Below the pieces are notes generated by a model. That model ran no database searches, had not been told where the DNA came from, and saw nothing but the letters and a program-made list of their open reading frames with translations. Position numbers and translations under genes: made by a program. Of a stretch of 64,000 bases of DNA, positions 1 to 14,079 are shown piece after piece (within the stretch, counting starts at the first letter, position 1; every line of letters begins with the position of its first letter). Source of the stretch: the human T2T-CHM13v2.0 reference genome, Homo sapiens. The stretch lies in the NCBI RefSeq assembly GCF_009914755.1, contig NC_060944.1; one strand, given 5' to 3'.

Positions 1-1214
1 TTGGTATTCTTCAAAGCTGGGGTAACAAAGCTGGAGATTTGATGGACTCGAAATACTTACTTGGTTGGGGTCTTCCTCAAGACATTTAGTCAATTTTGAA
101 ATGATGTGAAGTAGTGGTAGGCTAAATAACTAAGCTGAAAACCTTAGGGGCAGAAGTGAACCTCCTAAAGGCTTTCATGTCTAAGGAGACAAATAGCCTA
201 TTAGGCTTTCAACTGAAAGCCCTGGAGGACCATACTCTAATAAGGATGAACCAAAGTAAGTTTGGGGCTTACCAGGATTGCAACCCAGCAGTGACCTAGC
301 TCAATCCCTGAAATACGTCAGACTAGACTGAAGTATTTAATTAACAGAAGAAAGGGGCAAACCTTGATGGTGGAAGATATATGCATCCACTATGATTCTT
401 TTATATAATGTTTGGTATATAATAAGTTTTTTAAGCATGTGTGGAGGTAAATGCCCACAGCTAGTAATCAAGAGAAAAAACAGACATTAGAAGCAGACCT
501 ATGGATGGCCCAATTACTGAAGTTTAGTAGTCAAGAACTTTGAAATAACCAAGATTAATAAAGTCAAGAAACAGAGGAAAAGACCAAAGTAAATGAAAGG
601 ATAAATAATTTTATCACAGAATTGGCTGAAATCTATAAAAAAAATCAAATGGATACTTTAGAACTGAGAACTACAGTATCTATAATTAAGAATTTAATAT
701 AAGATATTAACAGTAAATTGGACTTAGCAGGAGACAAGATTAATGATTTGGAAGATAGGTCAATAAAAAATATTCAAACTCAATTAGAAAAATGAATGGT
801 AAACACAGATAAGAACATAAAAGACGTGGAATAAAAGACGTGAATAAATGAGTCTCAGAAGACAGCATAGAGCAGAAGCAATACTAAAATGTTCAAAACA
901 AATGAAAGAGATCAACCCACAGATTTAAGAAACTCAGCAACCCAATTATTTGGCCAATACAAAGAAAAGAACACACAGACATCATAGTCAAACTGCTGAA
1001 AAACAAAGAAAAAGAGGAAAACCTTAAAAAGCAGTGAAGCAATAAAAATGACAGCTGACTTCTCAAAAGAAATGACAAAATCCAGGAGTCAATAGAATGC
1101 TATCTAAAGAAAATAATTCCCAACTTTGATTTTTTTTTTTTTTAATCTATGGACTAGGGAACCAACTTTGAATTTTACAGCCTATAAAAACAACATCTTT
1201 CAATAAAAAGGTAA

Positions 1215-1521
<307 letters not shown>

Positions 1522-2073
1522 TCAGATATTTACAACAAACAAAACCTGAGGGAATTCATTGCTATCAGGGCAACACTAAAAGAAAAAACAATGTAAGAAA
1601 ATAAACCTAGACAGAAGCATGGAACTATAAGAGGGAATGAAGAAAATGAAATAGGTAAATATAAAAAAATTAACTGTACAAAACAATAACTATTATGTCT
1701 TCTGTAGTTTGTGTATATATAAAACTAAAATGCAAGACAAGAATAATTCACAAAAGGTAGGGAGGGGGAAGGAGTTAAGTGTCTAAGAGTCTAGTAGTGT
1801 AATGAAGTGATAAAATAATCTGTATTAGACCATAACATGTCAAGATGTTAAATGCATGTTGAAATCTGTAGAGTAAGCTCTAAGATAATTGTAAAAGAAT
1901 AGCTACCTAACAAGATTACAGGGCAGTAAAAAATGGGATACTATTTTTGATTAATCAAAAAAAGGGCAAAAATGCAAAAAAAAAGAAATAAAACTAGTGA
2001 GCCAAATTGAAAACAAAAAGTAAGATGGCAGACAGAAGTCTGAAGTACAACTAAAACAGCGATTACATTTGTG

Positions 2074-2295
2074 CAGAGTTTCTCAACAGCAGCACTATTG
2101 ACATTTTGGGTGGGATAATTACTTGTTGGTGGAGGGCTGTCTTGTGCATTGCAGGGCATTTAGCAGCATCCTTGGCCTCTGTATCTTGGCCATCCATCTA
2201 TCTGCTGCTAGTAGCACCAACCCAGGTGTAACAAACAAAAATGTCTCCAGACATTGCTAGATGTCCTGTCAAGGACAAAAATTGTCCCTGGATTT
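2074..2295. mobile_element. MER20 (hAT-Charlie DNA transposon)
   Basis: TTTCTCAAC..GCACTATTGACATTTTGGG..ATAATT; AAAAATGTCTCCAGACATTGC motif. Confidence 0.85.
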
Positions 2296-2658
2296 GGTAC
2301 CATTGGTAGAGTCAGCATAATCCTAATCAAAATCCCAGTAGGATTTCTGCAGAAATATGATGAGTCTAAAACTGATAGAGAAATGCAAAGGACCCAAAAT
2401 AGAAAAGACAATCTTCAAAAATAAGAATGCAGTTACAGAACTTACACTAACTGATTTCAAGGTTTACTATAAAGATACAATAATTAAAGGACAGTGTATA
2501 CTTGGCATAAAGAAAAATGAACAGAACAGAGTTCAGAAATAGACCACACATAGAATAGAGAGTCCAGCTACACACCTGACAAATATGACAGTAAAATGAA
2601 GGGGTGAAAAGAATGGCCTTTTCAATTAAAGGTGCTATGTCACTTGGCTACTCATATG

Positions 2659-2699
<41 letters not shown>
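2659..2699. repeat. (A)n(TA)n microsatellite
   Basis: Direct reading. Confidence 0.9.
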
Positions 2700-2702
<3 letters not shown>

Positions 2703-4489
2703 TCTTGATTCCATCACATCCTATTTAAATGTGAAATGTAAAACAATAAAGCTTTCCAAAGGAAACAGACAAGAACATCTCTGTGATCCTGGAGTAGGCA
2801 AAGATTTCTTAAATAGGACACAAAAAGAAAAAAACTGATAAATTGGACTACCTTAAAATTTAAGAACTTCTCTTCATCAGAAGACACTATTACAGAGTGA
2901 AAAGGCAATTCAAAAAGTGACAGAAGATACTTGCTATATATCTGACAAAACACTCATATCTATAATATACAAAAGATTTTTAAAAAATCATTTAAAAAAG
3001 GAAAGACAACCTAACAGAAACATGAAAAAGGACCTGAATAGACATATCACAAAAAAGGATAGCCAAATAGCCAATAAACATATGACAAGACTTTAAATAT
3101 CATTAGTCAGGAAAATGCAATTTAAAACCACAATGAAATATCATTACACATCCATGAGAAGAGCTAAATTTAAAAAAGGGAAAATACTAGGTGCTGGCAA
3201 GGATACAAAGCAACTAAAACTCTCATTCAATGCTGGTGGGCGTATAAATCAGTGCAGCTAGTACGGAAAACTCGTTGGCAGTATCTATTATTTCAAAGGT
3301 GAATATATATATGCTCTATGATCTAGCAATTCCATTCTTTGATATATACCCAATAGAAATGTACATATAAGCTTATCAAAAGATATATTCTGGAATTTAC
3401 TATACACAATCACCCTAAAATGAAAACTACCTCAATGCCTATCTGTAGTAGAATGGATAAATAAACTGTAGTACATTCTATGAAATACTATACAGATGAA
3501 GATTTACCACAATCAGAGATCTTCAAAAGTCTGGGTTATAGGCTCAGAAATATATAAACCAGCTTTCTCTAAGGAAGACAGCATAACACATTGCTACTTT
3601 GGCATAACACATTGCTACTTTGACATGACTATAAAAGGCAATCATATAGCTTTATGGGATGGCCATGAAATCACAGTTGTGTGACAATATGTCAATTACA
3701 GAAAGAATTGTTTAGAGATTTAGAGCCTTAGGAATCCTACATTCTATTCCTATAAAATGCAACCCTGATTACTTAGAGTGGTGCTGCACCAAAGTTTGAT
3801 ATTTATAACCAACAGCAACAGGGGCATTCTGGTCCAGAAAGTTATACTGGGATGAGGCATTCAGAACAAACGGATTCTCTGGATGAGTAGACAAAACCAC
3901 CCAGAGCTCAGAGTGACTGAATAAACATGAATAAACATAAGCATGAGCAAACAGTTCTTGACTGCTAATGGACACCTAATCCCTTTCTAGTTTAGTGGCC
4001 CTCCGCTGTGGTCCTGGAAAGTAGTTGGCAAGTAGGCACTGGAGAGGTGGGAGATGAGATCTGTGATTGGACAGCATGAATGAACTCACTGCCCCCGGCA
4101 AGCCTATTCCCCTCCCCTCTACCTAACTTGTAACAGGGGTGGGCTATAAGTAAGATCCCTGGGCCATGGTGTAAAGGTGGTGAAGACAAATGGAACAATC
4201 TGTACAGGAGACGGTGTTATACTTTACAGATACTTAGATCCCAAGGTACTTACTGTATCACACAATCAAGAAGTGAAAAAGGGAGGGGAAAAAGTGCAAA
4301 AGGAATTTGGAAACAGAATGAATACGAACAAGGAAGAGGGAGAAGGATCTGTGTTGAGCTGGGGTACTATACACTTTGGGCTATGTGAGAAGGCTGCTCA
4401 AGGTGCAAGGCCTGTCACAAGCAAAGGCCAGAAGGGAGAAAAGTCATAGCACCTAATAAAGGCAGAGATGAGACAGAGATGCCATTGTG

Positions 4490-4850
4490 GCAGGTGAGCC
4501 AGGCCTCACACATCCATTCAGATGAAATCATTTGGTCAGGGCCTTTGCACTTGCTGTTCTCTCCCCCATGTCCTCAGGGCTCGCTCCTTTACCACTTTCA
4601 GGGCTTTGCTCAAGTGACGCCTTGTCTGATCACCCCTATTAACACTGCTACCCATGCTTACTCCTCATCTCCTTTCCTTGCCTTTAAAATTTTCTTCCTT
4701 AGCACTTCACAACAGCTGTCAAACCAGATCATCTACCTGTTTGTTTACTGTTTCTCTCCTTTCACTAGAATACTAGAATCAGTGATTTTTGACTGGTTTC
4801 TTAATTGCTTTTGGCACACAGTAGGTATTCAATAAATGCTCATTGAATTA
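4490..4850 (+). mobile_element. L2 3' fragment
   Basis: Ends GGCACACAGTAGGTATTCAATAAATGCTCATTGAAT (L2 3' terminus). Confidence 0.75.
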
Positions 4851-5464
4851 GTGGTCATAATGCAAGATCTGGTTCTGTCATTTGTAGAGTGCTGATATCA
4901 GCTATTCCGAATCGGATTCTAGATAAAACCTGCCATGCTCTTCTTCTCTTGGGGTGAGTTTTTCCTACAGGTAGTTGATCTCGTCTACACTGGGAGGGTC
5001 CTGCTAGATTCATTCTGATGGGGTAATCATAATTCTAGATTTGGTTGTACTCCAGCCCACTTTTAGACTATTTCCAGAACTGGGACAGAGGGAACATGTA
5101 TATTTTCTCTCTATACATGCTTTCCCTTCTGAAGAACAAGTCGTAAGATGAAATAGGTACTTGTTCAATAATCCATCTGGTTGCAGTGTTCAGAGTACAC
5201 TGGAGGACTGATCTGGGTTCTAGCCCTGGCTCTTACAGTACCTGGCTGTGTGATTTCCATGAATTTTATCTTCTTCAATATAAAATAAACTTATGGATAA
5301 GAAAATCTCCAAAATTTCCACCTTTGAATAACTAGCCTATGGAAAGAACGACTGGGTTTAGAGCCCAGAGATAGGAGTTCAGATGTAAGAATCGCCAATA
5401 CAAGTTCTTGAATAGGAGGAAAGCATTTTTCTTTTGTTGTTGAAAAAACCCCCATCATACATCA

Positions 5465-5620
5465 GGCAATGTGCTAGGTATTTATTGTATTCCTCATCCA
5501 CAAGCTGAGCAGCACAAGGCTCAGAGAGGTTCAGTGATGTCCACACAGCAAGCAGGTGTCAGACTTGGGATTCATCTCAAGCCCGCCTGACTCCAAAGGC
5601 TGTATGTACTCTTTCCACTA
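5465..5620 (-). mobile_element. MIR
   Basis: AAGGCTCAGAGAGGTTCAGTGA..GGGATTCATCTCAAG..CCTGACTCCAAAG core. Confidence 0.65.
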
Positions 5621-5622
5621 TA

Positions 5623-5810
5623 CCAGAGGTTCCCAACCTGGCTGTTTATCAGAATCAAGGAGGAACAATTTAACTACAGATTCCTGGGCTCCACACCAGA
5701 TCTACGGAATCAGAATCAATGTGGTGGGGGAGCAGATATGCTTGGGAATCTACAATTTTAAAACTTTGCAAGGTCAGTCCCATGGCCACTGAGGTGTGGG
5801 AACCTTGCAC
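5623..5810. mobile_element. MER5A-like (hAT)
   Basis: CAGAGGTTCCCAACCTGGCTG..CAGATTCCTGGGCTCCAC..GAATCAGAATC. Confidence 0.7.
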
Positions 5811-7606
5811 TGTATATATTCTCTATGTGCTTTCCCTTCTGAAGAACAAGTCGTATGATGAAATAGGTTCTTGTTCAATAATCCATCTGGTTGCAGTGTT
5901 CAGAGTACACTGGAGGACTACTATCTTGGGTTAAAATGATGAGTTTATTTCTCTTCCCAGCTGAATGGTATAGTGTTACAGCTTTACTTGTGGTTTCCCC
6001 AGCATCTGCTGCTGTCTGCCAAGCAGTTCCCACTCACTGTTTGTTTAATAAATAAGTAAAAGAAGCTGGATAAACATTAACCCTTCAGCATATTCTGAAG
6101 TTTTGTTGATTGCTACTCATCTTTCCCTCTATCTAGAAATGTTTCCTTAGCATATACTATTTGCCCATACAGTGTGCTAAATTCTTGACAAGGGAAGAGA
6201 GATACAATGTTAACCAGAGAGGCTAACACTGTAAGGGAAGTGTACTGCAGAACAGGAAGAACATGCGGAGGAGGGGAATCAAGGAGACTTCCCATACATA
6301 TTTCCGGAAATTACTCTAGGCTCACATAATGCTTAGTTTACAGCTGTCCCTTATAGAAAATATGTGAAGCTGTGGCTTGTATTACACTAATACTATGTGC
6401 CTGTTCCCTCCACTAGACAGGACCTTTTTTGCTAGACAGTACATTTCTAAAAAAGGGATTCTTAACTTAGAAGAGGGTGTACACAGAATATATATACAAA
6501 TGACCTCCTGCCCTCCCCCGATTTATGACCTGGCACTGGAAACTGGGTAAGTTCTTCAGGTAACTAAAGTATGTTTGCATATTCTACTTATTTATAAATA
6601 TTAATATAAACAAAAATTCTGTTCACACACACACATGAATACAAATAGAAAACTTAAGCTTCTCGGGAGATGGAGTAGGCATACATTTCCCTATTCTTTT
6701 TGTTAAGTATAACTAAAACCCCTGGACATTATATATAAAGCAAATACAAGAAGAAAGCAGACTGGTTAGGGACCCCAGAACCTGGGGAGTGACACAGTGC
6801 TGAGTTCCCCAGGTTTTCTTTCTGCCTCATAGACCCAAGCCCTGGAGCTGAAGAAGCTGGCAACCTGGAAGCACCAATGGGCACAGACACAAAAACCCCA
6901 ACAAAAACCTGCTCTCTCTAGCCAAAGGAGTAGGGGAATGGGCACCCTCGCAAGACAAAAAACTTTTGGACAACAAACGCTCTACTCCAGCCAAACACTA
7001 CAGAAAATAAGGCGGCCTCCACCCACGGTGGCAAAGGCTGATTGGAGAGCCTAGACTCCCACTCTCATAAGTCTGTAATGAGGCACCCTCAACACTCCTG
7101 CAGGGATGGTGTGAAGGAAGACAAAGTAGGAGCAGGCATTCCATCCCCACCAGCCCCAGTGTCAGTGGAGACCACACGGGGAGCCTAAACTTCCACTTCT
7201 ACTTGGCAGTAATGAGGTAGCATCACAGGACACCTAGTCAGGACTTTCACCACTGCCCAGTGGTAATGATGCCACCTCCACTCCAATGTCAGTGGAGACC
7301 AAGTGGGGAGTTGGGACTGCCACACCCACCCAGCAGTACACCTCCACTCAGCAGTAGTGGGGAGACCTTTTTCTTGGGTGTCAATGGAGGCTGAGTGAGG
7401 AACTTGGACTTCTACCTCCACCTGGCAGTGATGAGGTACGGACCCCCTTCTCCTACCAGGAATGGTGTCAGAGATTGTTTAGTCTAAACATTAGACTAAA
7501 CAGCCTAAACAGACAAAACAGCCTCAACAGATGTCTCAGAACATTATACAGAAATGTCCGAATCTCAATATAAAAATCACTCATACCAGGAACCAGGAGG
7601 AACTCA

Positions 7607-7930
<324 letters not shown>

Positions 7931-8463
7931 AAAAAAGACAATCAACACATGTCAACACCAAGATGACAAAGAGACAAAGATGTCAGAATTATCTGATGAA
8001 GACATTAAAACAGTACGATTAAAATGTATCGATAAGCAATTATGAATATACTTCAAACAAATGAAGGAATAGAAAGCCTCGAAAAAGAAAAAGAAGATAT
8101 AAAGAAACAAGTGAAAATTTTAGAAATGAAAATTTCAGTAACAAAGAAAAACTTCAGTGGATGGGCTCAACAGCAGAATGGAGGGAAGAAAAAAATCTGT
8201 GAGCTGGAAGATGGAACAATAGGAATTACCCAATCTGAACAACAGAGAAAAAACTACTGAAAAATATATAAACAGAGCTTCAGGGAACCTGTGGGACCAA
8301 GAGGGCAGGCTGAAAAAGTACTCAAAAGAAATAATGGCTGAAAACGCCACAAAGTTGGCAAAGACATAAATCTATATATCAAGAAGCTGAGTGAACCCCA
8401 AAGAAATTTATCCCAAGACTCTTCATAATTTAATTTCTGAAAACTAACAACAAAAAATATTGA

Positions 8464-8797
<334 letters not shown>

Positions 8798-9748
8798 AGG
8801 GGAGAAAACAATTCTAATGACAATCTCATCAGAAACCATGTAGGCCAGAAAGAAGTTACACAATAATTTTCAGGTGCTGAAACAAACAAACAGTCAACGC
8901 AGAACCATATACTCAGCAAAAAATGTGCATCAGGAATGAAGTGGAAATCAAGACTTCTGAGAAGAAGGAAAACAAAGAGAATTTGTCACCAGCCGACTTA
9001 CTGTAAAAGAATGGCTAAAGAAAGTTCTCTAAACAGAAAGAAAATGATAAGAAATCCTGGAACATTAAGGGGGAAGAAAGAACATGGCATACAAAAATAT
9101 GTGTAAATGCAACGGGCTTTCCTTATCCTCTTGAGTTTTCAAAACTATGTTTGACAGTTGAAGCAAAAATTGTAATGCCATCTGACATGGTTCTAAATGT
9201 ATGTAGAGAAAATGTTTAAGACATTTATATGATAAATGGGCAGAGTAAAGAGACATAAAAGGAAATAAAGTTTCTATACTTTGCTAGGTAAAGGTAAGTT
9301 ATGTACACACAATGTAATACCTAGAGGGACCACTAAAAGGGCTACATACAAAGAGATATACTCAGAAACATCATAGATAAATCACATGGAATTCTAAAAA
9401 ACATTCAAGTAACCCACAGGAAGGCTACAAAAAGAAAGCAGATAAATGAAAAAGAGAATAAACAGAAAGAAACAAAATATAGTCATCTCTCGGTATTCAC
9501 CAGGGACTGGTTCCAAGACTTCCATGGATACCAAAATCAGAGGATGTTGAAGTCCCTTATAGAAAATAGTGTAGTATTTGCATATAACCCATGCATATCC
9601 TCCCATATATTTTATATCAACTCTAGATTATTACAACACCTAACACAATGCAAATGTTATGTAAACAGTTGTTACACTATATTGTTTTAAAATCTGTATT
9701 ATTTTTGTTGTTGTATTGTTATCTTTTACTTTTTATTTTTTTCAAATA

Positions 9749-10459
9749 CAGTTGACCCTTGAACAATGTGGGGGTTAGGAGTGCCAACCCCCTCGAGCAG
9801 TCAAAAAATCTCTATAAATTTTGACTCCCCAAAAACTTAACTATTGACAGCCTACTGTTGACTGGAAACCTTACTGATAACATAAACAGTTGTTTAACAT
9901 AAATTTTTTATGCTGTATGTATTATATGCTGTGTTCTTACAATAAAACAAGCTACAGAAAAGAAAACGTTATTAAGAAAATCACAGGCTGGGCCCAGTGG
10001 CTCACGCCTGCATCCCAGCACTTTGGGAGGCTGAGGTGGGTGGATCACCCGACGTCAGGAGTTCAAGACCAGGCTGGCCAACATGGTGAAACCCCGTCTC
10101 TACAAAAATACAAAAATTAGCCAGGCATGATGGCAGGTGCCTGTAATCCCAGCTACTCAGGAGGCTGAGGTGGGAGAATCACTTGAACCCGGGAGGCGGA
10201 GGTTGCAGTGAGCCAAGATCGCACCATTGAACTCTAGCCTGGGTGACAGAGCGAGGCTCCATCTCAAAAAAAAAGAAAGAAAGAAAAGAAAATCACAATT
10301 ACTATTCATTAAGTGGAAGTAGATCATTACACAGGTCTGTCTTCATCTTTGTCTTCACCTTGAGTAGGCTGAGGAGGAGGTGGGTTGGCAGAAGGGAAAG
10401 AAAATCTGCATATAAATAGATGGCCGCAGTTCAAATCTGTGTTGTTCAAGGGTCTACTG
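9749..10459. mobile_element. Tigger2-family non-autonomous element
   Basis: Terminal inverted repeats CAGTTGACCCTTGAACAA / TTGTTCAAGGGTCTACTG with TA target duplication. Confidence 0.85.
9986..10285 (+). mobile_element. Alu (AluS) inside the Tigger2 element
   Basis: TSD AAGAAAATCACA at 9974-9985 and 10286-10297. Confidence 0.95.
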
Positions 10460-11048
10460 TATTTTCAATCCACAGTTGACTGAATCTACAGAGACGGAAC
10501 CCATGAATATAGAGGGTCAACTATAATTGTATTAAGCATAAAAGGTCTAAATACATCAATTAAAAGATTGAGATTGGCGGAGTGGATTTAAAAACATGAT
10601 CTAACTACACGCTGTCTATAAGAAACTCACTATGCAGAATTATAGAGGCTGATTGAAAATCAAAGGATGGAAAAAGATATTATCATGTAAGCATTAATCA
10701 AAGGAAAGTAGAAGTAGCTATATTAGCACCAGATAAAGTAGACTTCAGAGCAAAAGAAAAAAAATTACCAGAGACAGAGTACAATGAATAACAGGTATAT
10801 CTACTAAGAACATACTGCAATCTTAAAATGTATATGCTGTAAAATGTGTGAAACAAAAATGGATAAAACTAAAAGGAGAAACAAATTCACAATAGATGGT
10901 GGTGACTTCAATATTCCTCTCTCAACAATGGATAGGATAACTAGACCAAAAATCCACAAGGATATAGAAAAACCACCACCATCAACCAACAGGACCTATG
11001 ACATTTATAGAACACTCCATCCTACAATAGCAGACTACACATTCTTTT

Positions 11049-11348
11049 GTTGTTGTTATTTGTTTTTTTAGACAGGATCTCACTCTATTGCTCAGGCTGC
11101 AGTGCAGTGGCTCGATGATGGCTCACTGCAGCCTCAATTTCCTGAGCTCAAGCAATCCTCCCACCTCAGCGTTCTGAGTGGCTGGGACTCCAGGTGCATG
11201 CCACTATGCCCAGCTAATTTTTGTATTTTTTAAAGACCGAGTTTCGCCATGTTGCCCAGGCTGTTCTTGAACTCCTAGGCTCAAGTGATCCTCCTGCCTT
11301 GACCTCCCAAAGTGTTAAGATTACAGGCATGAGCTACAGTGCCTAGCC
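11049..11348 (-). mobile_element. Alu (AluJ-like)
   Basis: Antisense dimer; TSD CACATTCTTTT. Confidence 0.93.
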
Positions 11349-12033
11349 CACATTCTTTTCAAGTGCTCATAGAACATAAGACAGATGATTATCCTGCCAT
11401 AAAACAAACCTCAACAAATTTAAAAGAACTGAAATCATACAGAGTGACATTCCCCAGCCACAATGAAATCAAGCTTGAAATCACTAACACAGAGATAACA
11501 GGAAAATCTCCAAATACTTGGAAACTAAACAACATGTTTCTAAATAATCCACGGAACAGAGAGGAAACCTTAAGGGAAATTAGAAAAAAAATAGGGAAAT
11601 GAATGAAAATGAAAATATGACACACCAAAATCTGTGGATACAGCTATAGCCATGCTGAGATGTAAATTAATAGTACTAAGTCATATATTAGAAAAGGGGA
11701 AAAGTCTCAAACGAAAAAGGTAAACTCCTACCACAAGAACCTAGACAAAGTAGAGCAAAATAAAGCAAGCAGAAGAAATAATAAGGAGCAGAAACTGACA
11801 AAACTGAAAACAGAAAACACAGAAAGTCAATGAAATAAATAACTGGTTCTTTGAAAAGGTCAATAAAATTGACAAACTTCTAGCAAGATTGACAAGGGAG
11901 TGAGTGAGCAAGAGAGAGAGAGAGAGAGAGAGGAGAGAGAAGAGACGAGACACTGATACTGGAAATTTCCAATATCAGTAATGAAACGGGACAGTACTAC
12001 AGACCCTGCAGACATCAAAGGGTAATATGGGAA

Positions 12034-12387
12034 TGCTATGGTTTGAATATCCGTCCCTTCCAAAACTCATGTTGAAATTTAATTCCCAATGTATTGAGAA
12101 GTGGAGTCTTTATAAGCCCTCATAAATGGATTAATGGGTTATCATGGGAACTGGTGGCTTTATAAGAGCAAAACAGACCTCAGCTAGCACACTCAGCCCC
12201 CTGGCCCTGTGATATCCTGCACTGCCTTGGGACTCTGCAGAGTCCCCACCAGCAAGAAAGTTTTTTACCTGATGTGGCCCTGTGACCTTGGATTTCTCAG
12301 CCTCCATAACTGTAAGAAATACATCCTTTTTCTTTATAAATTACCCAGTTTCAGGTATTCTGTTATAAGCAACAGAAAACAAAGACA
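12034..12387 (+). mobile_element. MST (MaLR) solo LTR
   Basis: TG...CA ends, TGCTATGGTTTGAATAT start, TTTATAAATTACCCAGTTTCAGGTATTC near end; 5-bp TSD GGGAA on both sides. Confidence 0.88.
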
Positions 12388-12539
12388 GGGAATACCACAA
12401 ATAGCTTTACCCATATAAATTTGACAACTTTGATGAAGTGGTTAATTCCTCAAAAAACACAACCACAATAGGAAAGAGATTATTTTAACAGCTTTATAAC
12501 TTTTAAATAAACTGAATTTGTCACTTAAAAACTCCAGAA

Positions 12540-12623
12540 AAAAAAGGAAGAAGGGAAGGAAGGGAGGGAGGGAGGAGGGAGGAAGGAGGAAGGAGGGAGG
12601 GAGGGAAGCAGGGAGTGGAGGGA
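12540..12623 (+). repeat. Polypurine (GGA/GGGA)n tract
   Basis: Direct reading. Confidence 0.85.
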
Positions 12624-12867
12624 ATCTCCAAACCAAGATGGTTTCATTGGAGAATTCCGCCAAACATTTAATGAAGAATTAACACCAATTCTGCACATAC
12701 TCTTCTAGAAAAAGAAGAAACACTTTCCAATCCATTTTATAAAGCCAGTATTATCCTGATACCAAACCAAAGGCAATACAAAAATTAAAAAAATCTATAG
12801 ACCAATTTCTCTCATGAGTATAGATGCAAAAATCCTAAAGAAAATATTAGGAAATTCAGCAGTATGT

Positions 12868-12870
<3 letters not shown>

Positions 12871-12906
<36 letters not shown>
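12871..12906. repeat. (CA)n microsatellite
   Basis: Direct reading. Confidence 0.95.
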
Positions 12907-12907
<1 letters not shown>

Positions 12908-13029
12908 ATGATAAAGTGGGGTATATTTCAGAGATGCAAGACTGGCTCAATATTTGAAAATCAATTAGAGTTGTTAATACTAACAAGCTATTAACAAGCT
13001 TAAGAAGAAAAATCACATAATCATATCAT

Positions 13030-14060
13030 CCTCACCTTTCAGACCTCTATATGTTGAAGAATCCTAGGACTCAGTCTCTTTTTACACCTTATTCCGTTAT
13101 GACTCTCACATTTTTATCTCTAACCCAGATAGCTCTTCCTTGAATTCCAGACCCATAAACCCAACTGCCCCTTAGACATCTATACTCAGATAGGCATTTC
13201 CAAATGGACATGTCCAAATACAAATGCTTGCTCTTACTCTCCAAACCCACTCTTTTCTGTAATTCAGTAAATGGAAGCGCTATTCTTATAGTTGCTTAGG
13301 CCAAAACCCTTGGAGCTATCTCAACTCTCATATGTCTTTCACACCCCATATCCAATCTATCAGCGGATCCTGTTACCTCTTCCTCTAAAATATCCCCAGA
13401 ACTGTCCCTTTCTTACCACTTCCACAGATACCACCCTGGTTTGAGTTATCCTTTCACCTGGGTTACTACAACAGCTGCCAAACTGGTCCTTCCTGCTTCT
13501 ACCTTTGCACTCTTACTGTCTTATTTTCTACCTAACAGCCACAATGCTCCTTCTTTGTGCAAAACTGCCCAGTGGACTTCATTTCATTCAGAGTAACATC
13601 TAAAGTCTATACTATTGCCTACAAGTCACCATGTGATGCAGTCCCTTCGTACTTTTCTGAACTAATTTCCAGCCACCCTTCTAGTTCATATCACTCCAGC
13701 TTTATTGTCCTCTCTGCTGTTGCTCCAAAATGCCAACAATGGTATAAACTTGGTTTTCCCTCTTCCTGGAACAATGGCATATGGCTTGTCTCTCAAATGA
13801 CATCTTATCAATGAGGCCTTCTCTGAGAAGCATAAGTAAAAGACTACCCACCTACACATATACATTCCTTATCCTCCTTATCTCCTTGATTTTTATTGAA
13901 GTTACTTACCACTTTCTGACTTATTCTAAACTTGCATGTTTGTTTTTCTATCTTTCTCAGTAGAAAGTAAGTTCCTGAGAACGTGGATTTTGTCTGTTAG
14001 CTTAGAAGAGTGCTTTGGACATAGGTGCTGAAAAATTATTTTCCGAATGAATGAATAAAC
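13030..14060 (+). mobile_element. L2
   Basis: Pyrimidine-rich L2 body ending ATAGGTGCTG..GAATGAATGAAT. Confidence 0.78.
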
Positions 14061-14079
14061 TATTGGTTCAGGAGGCAAG

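Larger units (their letters stand above)
9480..10523 (+). mobile_element. MER2 (TcMar-Tigger) split by a Tigger2-like insertion
   Basis: 5' AGTCATCTCTCGGTATTC..GGTTCCAAGAC; 3' GAACCCATGAATATAGAGGGTCAACTA; TA on both flanks. Confidence 0.8.

Noticed and set aside
5118-5919. Direct repeats as CRISPR-like array or LTR pair
   Set aside because: Only two copies, eukaryotic context, no TG..CA ends or TSD, and the spacer consists of unrelated old elements
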